A stretch of DNA of 64,000 bases from an uncultured Gammaproteobacteria bacterium (GTDB lineage: Bacteria > Patescibacteriota > Microgenomatia > UBA8517). Positions within the stretch are counted from its first letter, which is position 1, and each line of letters starts with the position of its first letter. The position numbers and the translations under genes are program-made. Where the stretch lies: positions 32,257 through 96,256 of the forward strand of contig CAZTVZ010000003.1 of assembly GCA_964617045.1 (NCBI GenBank), written 5' to 3'. Below, in pieces: positions 1 to 7,433 of the stretch. The notes beneath the pieces were generated by a model that was given only the letters and a program-made list of their open reading frames with translations, was not told the origin of the DNA and ran no database searches.

Positions 1-142
1 AAATTTCGGTTAATTCTTGGGCGATACCTTCACCCAAAAACCAATCCCATGATTCTCGTTGAACCAAGGATAGGTCAAGTTTTGGCAGATTATCTTCCCT
101 TTTTCCAAAATTTATTCGTGGTTTTGAATGATTTTCAGTCAT
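1..142 (-). CDS. rpoB: DNA-directed RNA polymerase beta subunit, N-terminal fragment (gene continues beyond window start)
   Basis: Minus-strand translation from ATG at 140-142 reads MTENHSKPRINFGKREDNLPKLDLSLVQRESWDWFLGEG..., matching the conserved RpoB N-terminus (R-x-x-FGK ... P-x-L-x-x-Q-x-x-S-F). Only 47 codons lie in the window. Confidence 0.65.
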   Translation of the reverse strand, partial: MTENHSKPRINFGKREDNLPKLDLSLVQRESWDWFLGEGIAQELTEI

Positions 143-213
143 CTCGCGATTTAACACACAAAAACCCCTCTGATAGACGAGGAGGGAGCGTACCTTAAGT
201 ACGCCTAAGCAGG

Positions 214-241
214 ATTATATACAGATTACGCTCCATGTCAA
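214..241 (-). promoter_or_regulatory. sigma70-like promoter upstream of rpoB (TTGACA-16-TATAAT) followed by a palindromic 5'UTR hairpin (GCGTAC-TTAAG-GTACGC)
   Basis: On the minus strand the -35 TTGACA is at 236-241 and the -10 TATAAT at 214-219, with a 16-nt spacer. The perfect 6-bp palindrome sits between the promoter and the rpoB ATG. Confidence 0.5.
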
Positions 242-257
242 TATCTATTTTACGAAT

Positions 258-1247
258 TTATCGTAAATATCGATTGATGTTTGCCCCGTGTTCCTCAAGT
301 GTTTTGGCATAATGGATTTCTCCTTTCGGGTCATGCAAATAAAACCAATATTCTGTATTTTGAGCGTTCGCAACGGCTTTCAAAGAAGAAATTCCGGAGC
401 TTGCTATCGCCGAAGGAGGTAATCCAATATTTTTATAACTGTTAAAAGAAGATTTTATCTCCAAGTCTGCTTTAGTTACCGGCTCCCACCATTTACATCC
501 GGAATATTTATTTGCACACCTTAAAGTTCCTGCAGCGTATTGAACCGTGGCGTCAGCCTGTAGCGGCCAATCTGCTTTTAGTCGATTTAAAAGAATACCC
601 GCAACAATAGGTTTTTCGCCTTCACCTAAAGTTTCTCGTTCCAATATTGAAGCGAGTATTACCCCTTCTTCTTTGGTGAGATTGTTTGTTAAAAGACCTT
701 GCTCAATTTCATCAGAATATTTCGATTCGAATATTGACACCATTTTGTTGACAATAGTATTTGCTGTCGCCTCTTTAGGAAAAATGTACGTATCGGGGAA
801 TAGATATCCCTCTTTTCCTTTGGTTAAAGTCATAAATTCCTGGATAAAGGCATCTCTGTCTTCTTTCTCCAGCAAATCGGCAAATTTTTCAGCAACTTCT
901 TCTCTTCTTAGGCCTTCAGGAATAGTAACCCATCGTTCTTCGGGGCCACTCAATAGTTTTGCAACTGTTTTAAGAAGTGAATCGTTCGGGGACAACGTGT
1001 ATTCTCCCGCCTGTATTTTACCTGCAGCTCCGGTTAATTGAATATAAAACTTAAATGCCAAAGAACTTTTTACAAGACCTTTTTCTTCCAACATTGAAGC
1101 AATTTTTGAAGCCGAAGACCCTTTGGTAATCAAAAAGGGAACATTCTTTTCTTCGATATCAACAGGTCCTTTTACGTAATTCCACCACAACAATCCTCCA
1201 CATACAATAATTGCAACGAATAAAAGAGGGATAATAATTTTCTTCAT
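258..1247 (-). CDS. mltG: endolytic murein transglycosylase MltG (YceG-like)
   Basis: 329 aa with an N-terminal TM (IIIPLLFVAIIVCGGLLWW) followed by a YceG-like domain (GEYTLSPNDS, LFPDTYIFPKEAT, LASILERE). It lies in the conserved alaS-ruvX-mltG neighbourhood. Confidence 0.85.
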   Translation of the reverse strand: MKKIIIPLLFVAIIVCGGLLWWNYVKGPVDIEEKNVPFLITKGSSASKIASMLEEKGLVKSSLAFKFYIQLTGAAGKIQAGEYTLSPNDSLLKTVAKLLSGPEERWVTIPEGLRREEVAEKFADLLEKEDRDAFIQEFMTLTKGKEGYLFPDTYIFPKEATANTIVNKMVSIFESKYSDEIEQGLLTNNLTKEEGVILASILERETLGEGEKPIVAGILLNRLKADWPLQADATVQYAAGTLRCANKYSGCKWWEPVTKADLEIKSSFNSYKNIGLPPSAIASSGISSLKAVANAQNTEYWFYLHDPKGEIHYAKTLEEHGANINRYLR

Positions 1248-1256
1248 TAACTTAGC

Positions 1257-1451
1257 TCAAACTTCTTCAAGAAGAGCGCGTCGATATTTGTTGGAGTATT
1301 TAATATAAATACGCCCACAATCACAGGTAACTTTTTCTTTTCCTTCTTTATTTTTGGAAGACTTTCCCAAATGGAGATCTTTTCCGCACCCAACACATCT
1401 ACCCTGCGAAAGTAACCATGCCTGAATTGGTGCAATTACATTTTTAAACAT
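1257..1451 (-). CDS. small zinc-ribbon protein (hypothetical)
   Basis: 64 aa carrying CxxC and CxC pairs (CVGCGK ... CDCG). It sits between ruvX and mltG, where Firmicutes carry a small conserved ORF. The overlapping alternative-frame ORF 1247-1435 is less likely. Confidence 0.4.
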   Translation of the reverse strand: MFKNVIAPIQAWLLSQGRCVGCGKDLHLGKSSKNKEGKEKVTCDCGRIYIKYSNKYRRALLEEV

Positions 1452-1830
1452 TTGTATCTAAGTAGGATTGTAGCATAATTGTTGCAGCAAAAGCATCTTC
1501 CAAAGCTTTTCTTTTTTCCCGACCCATTCCAGCTTCGATTGATTTATCGATGGCTTCCTGAGTAGAAAGTGTCTCGTCCCAAAAATCGACTTCGATAGCT
1601 AATTTGTTCTTAAGAATTTTACCAAAAGCTTCTGAACTTTCGGCGGATTCCCCTTCTGAAACGCCAACGACAATTTTTTCAATACCTTCGTTCTTTACGA
1701 TAAAGGATATTTTTTCTATCGCATCGTTTTCTTCCTGATATCGAATTACTTTATATGGGTCCGCCAAAAAACCCTCAGAAATAGAAACTCCTATTTTACT
1801 GGTTCCATAATCAATTCCTAATATTTTCAT
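1444..1830 (-). CDS. ruvX: Holliday-junction resolvase-like / pre-16S rRNA nuclease RuvX (YqgF)
   Basis: MKILGIDYGTSKIGVSISEG... is the classic YqgF N-terminus. The six-frame ORF extends to 1908, but the conserved start is the internal Met at 1830. Confidence 0.85.
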   Translation of the reverse strand: MKILGIDYGTSKIGVSISEGFLADPYKVIRYQEENDAIEKISFIVKNEGIEKIVVGVSEGESAESSEAFGKILKNKLAIEVDFWDETLSTQEAIDKSIEAGMGREKRKALEDAFAATIMLQSYLDTNV

Positions 1831-1832
1831 CG

Positions 1833-2507
1833 TTATATTCCAGGAGGAACAATTCTTGCCTTTACGATTAATCTTTTTGGCCTTCTTGGATCCCCCGGTG
1901 GGACACATGTTACCAGAGACAAAAAAGAATCGCTACTGTCCTGCTCCAATATTTGGATATCCGTAGGATATACTTCAATAAAACTATCAACCTCATAAAT
2001 AAATTCCACACCATCATAAGAAACAAATATCTCGTCTCCTTTTTTCAAAGAAGGTACTGTTGAAAATATTGAGATGTAATCTTTTGGATTATAAAAAATT
2101 GGTAGAATAGAATGACCGAAAACAACAGCATTTCCCCTTTTCCCCGGCAAGGCTGTTCCGGGATATTGAATTAAATGCTTGGACAAGTCATCTCCCCCAA
2201 TAGCAACCGTTGCGTTTTCAATCTTCAATTTTGGAATACTCAAAGAATAGAAAGTAACATTGGAATTTTGAAAAGAACCGGGAGTTTCTCCTTCAAACCA
2301 GTTGCTTACTTTTGTAAAATCTTGAGGGTTAGATTCCGAAATAGCATTTTCTGTACTTTCGATTACGGGACTTAATAATTTTGAGTATTTGGGACTTACA
2401 CTCCCTTGATATTCGATAATCGGAGCTATTACAATCGTCAGTATCATTACCCCCGCAAACCCGGCAATTCCAGCAATTATTTTTAGCAGAAGCTTTTTTC
2501 GAGACAT
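1833..2507 (-). CDS. sortase (transpeptidase), membrane-anchored
   Basis: 224 aa with an N-terminal TM. Sortase catalytic motifs are present: VVFGHS (His), LSLVTCVPP (TLxTC Cys) and a downstream Arg (PRRPKRLIV). Confidence 0.8.
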   Translation of the reverse strand: MSRKKLLLKIIAGIAGFAGVMILTIVIAPIIEYQGSVSPKYSKLLSPVIESTENAISESNPQDFTKVSNWFEGETPGSFQNSNVTFYSLSIPKLKIENATVAIGGDDLSKHLIQYPGTALPGKRGNAVVFGHSILPIFYNPKDYISIFSTVPSLKKGDEIFVSYDGVEFIYEVDSFIEVYPTDIQILEQDSSDSFLSLVTCVPPGDPRRPKRLIVKARIVPPGI

Positions 2508-2519
2508 CTAACTAGTTAA

Positions 2520-4718
2520 TTATTTTTCGGCGGATAATTCAATATCAATGTTCTTTTCAACGTGGGGTAATCTTTGAATTTTGTCTGGGAACGAAACAGA
2601 AATTCGGATATTCGCGTTTCTGAATCCGGGAATAGTAGAAAAATACTCCGTCGCACTTTGTTTCGTTCTTCCTTTTATCTTTTTTGCCAATTCCTCAGTA
2701 TTTACATCAGGTAAAAGATTTGCCTCCAAAATTGTATCCATTACATATACACCTTCGTCTTCCGAATCAACTTCAAATTTGGCTCCAATTTGTTCGTCTT
2801 TTAGTACATACCCTGAAGGAACTCTTTCTTTCAAAAGCTCTTTTGCAAAATCAAAAAATGTTTTTTTGTCTATGGTTAAGGCAGATGCTTCTACATCCAT
2901 TGTAAGTTTCAATGTTGTTGCCTCATCTCCAACTTTTGCAGAGAAAGTGCTGTTTTTTACATCAACCATAACGCTTCCATCGGCAAGATATTTATCTGAG
3001 GGAAGCTTGTTTTGCAATTTGGTTTTGACTTTATCCGTTAATTCGGACAGCAACTCTTCTTCAAGCGCTTCTTGGTCTTCTTTCGATACAGCGCTAATTT
3101 CCCTACTACTTCCCCCAGTAAAAGCCGAGGTCGAAACCGCTTCCACGTCAGCCTTGGGATAATTACTTACCTTAAACTTTTCGTCCCCTGCTAAATTAAA
3201 CCCGTCTCCGATATCCGATGCAACGACCTCAGCAGTTGCGGATCCCGGTTCTGTTGTCGATACGGCTGCAACAATTGAAACCGCACTTACTATCGAATAT
3301 TTCAGACCTCCGCTTGAAGTGATTGCTGTTCCGGCCGCTAAATTAATATCGTTTTCTGTACCGTTAAGAATCTTTACTGTACCTTTAGCTCTTTCTCCAA
3401 CAAGTTTTGTCCCCGTTGTCGATTTTGTTCTCTCTCCCGTATCTTCTTCTGTAACCAGGTTGCCAGGAATAGTCTTATCCGAAACGCTAACTTTTGAAGA
3501 ATTTGTGTCAATGTCGATCTTAATATTGTCTTCCAATTTTTTCGAAGCAATAATCAGTGTGATGTCTGCTTTGGGAATAAACCACCAGGCTGCAAAAAGG
3601 CCAACAAGAAGTAAAACAAATACTGCTATTCCCGTAATAAATATGTTCTTTGTTGGAGTGAGTTCAACATTCGGAACCCTCACATTCAATTTCTTTGGAA
3701 AAATACCCAAAATTGAATCTTTAATGCTTTTCTTCGGTTCACCATATATCGGGGCTGGAGATTGAACGGTAGGTGGATTATTAACGACAGGGTTGGATAC
3801 CGTCTCCACAGAAGAGCTGACGGGGATATCCCTTTTTTCCGAAATATCTTCGTTTAAAGAAAAACCCAGATCTTCCGGATTAATTGTTTCTTGCGGTACT
3901 TCAACGTTTTCAATTTCTTTTGTTTCCTGTTGATAGTTTTCTATCTCTTCAGATTCCACTTTGGTTACACCACCCATTTCAGAAGCACCTGCCAATGCCG
4001 TTGCCAATACTTTATTTTCCGAGTCGATTATTTCTATCTTTGGTGTGTGTAAAAATTTAATCCGTTCTTCGGATTCCCATGACATTTTAAGCAAGGTTTG
4101 CCTGTCTTCTTCCAGCTCTCCTTCTTTCCCGTCATATAAAATGAATCTCGAAGGTAAATTTTCGGTCGTACCAAATCTGGCTAAACCTTCAACCACGTCA
4201 TCCGAAATTGAAACACTTCTCGCAACTAGTGCATTTCCAACAAGATTCCCCAACCTAAAAACCGAGACCTCAATATTTTCTTCCCCAACGCCAAGCACTA
4301 CAGCATTGAGAGGTGCACCTTCTTGCGATTTTGTTAAATGTGCAATTGCTTCCGGTAATACAACAAACCCTGTTGGTTCAAGGGACAATTCTGTACAAAT
4401 TCGTTTAATTGTTCCCAAATGTTCGGCTTTTATTTCCCCATCGCCCACCCATGAAGGCGGAACTCCAAATACCGTTTTGGATGGTTCCGGTATCTCATCG
4501 GGTAATTTTTGAATTGCAGCAGAAAGCACTGTATCAGCAGCCCCTACAATTTCTTCATTTTCTTTCCATGCTGCAGGAGGACTTACTGATACGACTTTTG
4601 CACTTGTTCCCTCAATAAACCATATGCCTGCCTGAACCCATCCCGGTTCAATGGTTAAAGCCCAGTAGTGTTCTGGGGACGAAGATTTATTTCCCTGTAA
4701 TATGCTTCCTATATCCAT
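2520..4718 (-). CDS. bitopic membrane protein: N-terminal actin-like (FtsA/PilM-type) cytoplasmic domain, one TM, large extracytoplasmic domain
   Basis: 732 aa. The N-terminus has phosphate-1-like (ALTIEPGWVQAGIWFIEG) and phosphate-2-like (NAVVLGVGEENIEVSVFRLG) motifs of the actin/FtsA/PilM fold. A TM lies at about residues 355-378 (IFITGIAVFVLLLVGLFAAWWFI), followed by a ~350-aa Ser/Thr/Val-rich ectodomain. It ends 12 nt upstream of the sortase gene. Confidence 0.45.
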   Translation of the reverse strand: MDIGSILQGNKSSSPEHYWALTIEPGWVQAGIWFIEGTSAKVVSVSPPAAWKENEEIVGAADTVLSAAIQKLPDEIPEPSKTVFGVPPSWVGDGEIKAEHLGTIKRICTELSLEPTGFVVLPEAIAHLTKSQEGAPLNAVVLGVGEENIEVSVFRLGNLVGNALVARSVSISDDVVEGLARFGTTENLPSRFILYDGKEGELEEDRQTLLKMSWESEERIKFLHTPKIEIIDSENKVLATALAGASEMGGVTKVESEEIENYQQETKEIENVEVPQETINPEDLGFSLNEDISEKRDIPVSSSVETVSNPVVNNPPTVQSPAPIYGEPKKSIKDSILGIFPKKLNVRVPNVELTPTKNIFITGIAVFVLLLVGLFAAWWFIPKADITLIIASKKLEDNIKIDIDTNSSKVSVSDKTIPGNLVTEEDTGERTKSTTGTKLVGERAKGTVKILNGTENDINLAAGTAITSSGGLKYSIVSAVSIVAAVSTTEPGSATAEVVASDIGDGFNLAGDEKFKVSNYPKADVEAVSTSAFTGGSSREISAVSKEDQEALEEELLSELTDKVKTKLQNKLPSDKYLADGSVMVDVKNSTFSAKVGDEATTLKLTMDVEASALTIDKKTFFDFAKELLKERVPSGYVLKDEQIGAKFEVDSEDEGVYVMDTILEANLLPDVNTEELAKKIKGRTKQSATEYFSTIPGFRNANIRISVSFPDKIQRLPHVEKNIDIELSAEK

Positions 4719-4725
4719 GAATAAT

Positions 4726-6555
4726 TTACTCGGGTCTGTTTGTTGCGTAAATTCGGATTACACCCGAGCCAACCTTTTCCTGTTTTATTATTCTAACATG
4801 ACCAATTTCTCCGGTGTTGTCGACATGAGGTCCACCACACACTTCTTTAGAAAACGGATCTGTGGGATTAACTGTATACACTTTTACTACTTCTCCGTAT
4901 TTTTCTGCAAAAAAATGCAGTGCTCCTTCTTTAACGGCATCGCTAATTTTTTTATTCTCGCAAGAGACCTCATACTTCTTGTCAATCACGAAATTTATTA
5001 TCTTTTCAATTTCTTTCACTTGTTCCTCAGACAATTTTTGAGTGTGAGAAAAATCAAACCTTAATCTTTCAGCGGTAATGTTTGAGCCTTTTTGGGATAC
5101 ATGATCTCCCAATACTTTTCTTAAAGCCGCATGCAATAAATGTGTCGCTGTATGTAATTTAACAACGTTTTCGGAGTTTTCAGCCAAACCACCCTTAAAC
5201 ATGCCGGCAGAAGCAGTTCGCGATAATTCCTTGTGTTTTTCAAATTCCTCTTCGAAAGACGCTTTGTCTCCATCGCTCAGTTCTTTTCCTTCCTTTTCCA
5301 AAATCTCCAATGTCAGCTCAAGAGGGAAGCCTTCGGTTTGATATAAGTCGAAAGCCATTTTCCCATCAATAACTTTGTCTTTGTTCAGAGCATTCTTGAG
5401 TTTAATTGTTCCCCTTGTAAGCGCATTTTCAAACTTATGAGCTTCTTCAGAAAGAATGTCTGCCACTGTTTTTTCGTCGACAATTTCTTTGACATAGGTT
5501 GAGCGTAAAGCTTTAACAATATCAAAAGCAAAATTTCCAAACACGACTGGCTTAAGGTTTTTCAGATAAAAAACGGCTCTTCTTATCAATCTCCTTAAAA
5601 CATAGCCCTGTAATTTATTGCTGGGATAAGTTCCTTCGGAAATAATCGCAACCGCTGCTCTCATATGATCCGCAATAATTCTGAAGTTTTTGTCTTTTGA
5701 TTCGTCTTCTCCGTAATTGACTTTCGTTAATCCTTCTATTTCCTTAATTACGGGATTGTATATATCGGTTTTAAAAACATCCGGACTCCCCTGCAAAACA
5801 GCTACCGTTCTCTCCAGTCCTCCGCCAAAATCGACATTTTTTTGAGGAAGAGGTGATAAACTCCCGTCACTGTTTTTCTGATACTCCATAAAAACCGAGT
5901 TTCCAATTTCCATAAATCTGCCGCAATCACAATTCGGATGGCATCCTTCGTGCACCGGACTGCCAAAGTCATAGAATATCTCCGAATCCGGTCCTCCAAT
6001 TTCTCCCGCAGGCATATTTTCGGGAACCCCGGATCTGCTCCACCAATTCTTTTTTGCTCCATAATAATGTATTTTTTCATCAGGCAGGCCCAGAGATTTC
6101 CATATTTCATACGATTCGATATCTTTGGGAACCAAATCGTCTCCTTCAAATACCGAAACATGAAGCTTATCTTTCGGTATACCCAATTCTTTGGTAAAAA
6201 AATCCCAAATCCAGGGCAGTTGTTGTTCTTTAAAATAATCTCCCAACGACCAATTACCCAACATTTCGAAAAAAGTTGTATGCCTGTTGTCTCCAACCTC
6301 TTCTATGTCTTGAAGTCTTAAAGAAGGTTGAGTATCGACAAGCCTTTTCCCCTTTGAATGAATCTCGCCTTTTAGATAAGGAATTAACTGTTGCATTCCA
6401 GAAGAGGTAAACAGTGTTGTTGGATCTCCTTCCAAAACCAGAGGGGAAGGTTCAATCTTTTCGTGTTCTTTCGACTGAAAATAATTAAGATACTTTTCGC
6501 GTACTTCACTTGCAAGCATGGCTAAATTATATCTTCTTGGAAGCGCACTATCCAC
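4726..6555 (-). CDS. alaS: alanine--tRNA ligase, short form lacking the C-terminal C-Ala domain
   Basis: LFTSSGMQQ is the AlaRS class II motif. The HTATHLLHAAL editing-domain HxxxH motif is present. The protein is 609 aa, against about 870 in typical bacteria. The likely true start is the Met at 6519 (MLASEVREKYLNYF). Confidence 0.9.
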   Translation of the reverse strand: MDSALPRRYNLAMLASEVREKYLNYFQSKEHEKIEPSPLVLEGDPTTLFTSSGMQQLIPYLKGEIHSKGKRLVDTQPSLRLQDIEEVGDNRHTTFFEMLGNWSLGDYFKEQQLPWIWDFFTKELGIPKDKLHVSVFEGDDLVPKDIESYEIWKSLGLPDEKIHYYGAKKNWWSRSGVPENMPAGEIGGPDSEIFYDFGSPVHEGCHPNCDCGRFMEIGNSVFMEYQKNSDGSLSPLPQKNVDFGGGLERTVAVLQGSPDVFKTDIYNPVIKEIEGLTKVNYGEDESKDKNFRIIADHMRAAVAIISEGTYPSNKLQGYVLRRLIRRAVFYLKNLKPVVFGNFAFDIVKALRSTYVKEIVDEKTVADILSEEAHKFENALTRGTIKLKNALNKDKVIDGKMAFDLYQTEGFPLELTLEILEKEGKELSDGDKASFEEEFEKHKELSRTASAGMFKGGLAENSENVVKLHTATHLLHAALRKVLGDHVSQKGSNITAERLRFDFSHTQKLSEEQVKEIEKIINFVIDKKYEVSCENKKISDAVKEGALHFFAEKYGEVVKVYTVNPTDPFSKEVCGGPHVDNTGEIGHVRIIKQEKVGSGVIRIYATNRPE

Positions 6556-6562
6556 AAGGAGG

Positions 6563-6805
6563 TTATATTTGGGTCTCTCCGTGAGATTCCAGTTTCTTGG
6601 TTTTTTTAAGAATTTCGATTATTCCTGTTAGTTTTTCCGGTCTAATTAATCCTCCGCCCAATATCGCATCCTCCAAAATACTATTCAACCTTTTTATGGC
6701 TTTTCTCAAATCAATAATAATAAGCATTACCTGAATTCCCACAATAACTAATAAAGAAGTTAGAGAGATAACCACTACTACAAGTAATTTTTGTACACCA
6801 TCCAT
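6563..6805 (-). CDS. small membrane protein (hypothetical)
   Basis: 80 aa with a single strongly hydrophobic segment (LLVVVVISLTSLLVIVGIQVMLIII). Confidence 0.35.
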   Translation of the reverse strand: MDGVQKLLVVVVISLTSLLVIVGIQVMLIIIDLRKAIKRLNSILEDAILGGGLIRPEKLTGIIEILKKTKKLESHGETQI

Positions 6806-7428
6806 TAAAGTTCAGGATTAATATTACGACGAATCACCGTCTCTTTACCAGCCCTTGATTTGGCAATTACTACAATTTCTTTTGTGTCCGAGACAATATT
6901 TATTTGAAGTGCAAAATTACCTTCTTCATCAACCAGCACGGGTTGATTGTTTACAATAACGGTTGCATCTTTTTCGGTTTTTCCTAGTACTGTCAATTTT
7001 CTTTCATAAACGGTTTGTCCTTCTGAGGGTTCGATAAGAGAAAGTTCTGGAGGGTTAATATACTTAGCATATTGAACTGATAAATATATAATTGTCGATA
7101 TTATTACCAACGCAATTCCTGTTATAAAAGTAATCTTGGGATTAATGGAGAATTTTTTCTCCACATCAGGTTTGGGATTAATGAATAATTTTTTTGGAGG
7201 ATAGTCTCTTCGTAAAAGCGCAAGTGCGGCGTTTTTATCACACCCTAAAAAATCCGCATAATTTTTTACAAAACCCGATACGACTGGAAATTCCGGCAGC
7301 TTATTCCACTCCTCTTTTTCAAGTGCTTCAATAAATTCTTTCTTTATTTTTATCGCACTTTCAATTCTGCCTAGGGAAAGATCCTTTGACATTCGGGCGG
7401 TTTTTAGAACATATCCGACAGTTTTCAT
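6805..7428 (-). CDS. RodZ-like cytoskeleton protein (HTH-XRE + TM + extracytoplasmic domain)
   Basis: The N-terminal HTH matches RodZ (GYVLKTARMSKDLSLGRIESAIKIKKEFIEALE ... VSGFVKNYADFLGCD). A single TM (ITFITGIALVIISTIIYL) is followed by a C-terminal beta-rich domain. Confidence 0.55.
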   Translation of the reverse strand: MKTVGYVLKTARMSKDLSLGRIESAIKIKKEFIEALEKEEWNKLPEFPVVSGFVKNYADFLGCDKNAALALLRRDYPPKKLFINPKPDVEKKFSINPKITFITGIALVIISTIIYLSVQYAKYINPPELSLIEPSEGQTVYERKLTVLGKTEKDATVIVNNQPVLVDEEGNFALQINIVSDTKEIVVIAKSRAGKETVIRRNINPEL

Positions 7429-7433
7429 TTAAA

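Noticed and set aside
547-1041. Many 60-250 aa ORFs on the strand opposite to well-supported genes. Examples are 547-1041 (+) inside mltG, 2581-3162 (+), 3961-4512 (+), 8497-9042 (+) inside ftsK, 51497-52261 (+) and 52265-52846 (+) inside groEL, and 48571-49284 (+).
   Set aside because: These are shadow ORFs. They have low-complexity Ser/Leu/Phe-rich translations and no motifs, and they overlap conserved genes completely.
1247-1435. Alternative-frame 62-aa ORF overlapping the 64-aa zinc-ribbon ORF.
   Set aside because: It has no recognisable motif. The 1257-1451 frame has paired Cys motifs, so I preferred it. Both are low confidence.
2520-4718. Whether the 732-aa protein is a sortase substrate.
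   Set aside because: It has no C-terminal LPXTG-like motif followed by a TM and basic tail. Its only TM is central. It is more likely a partner than a substrate.
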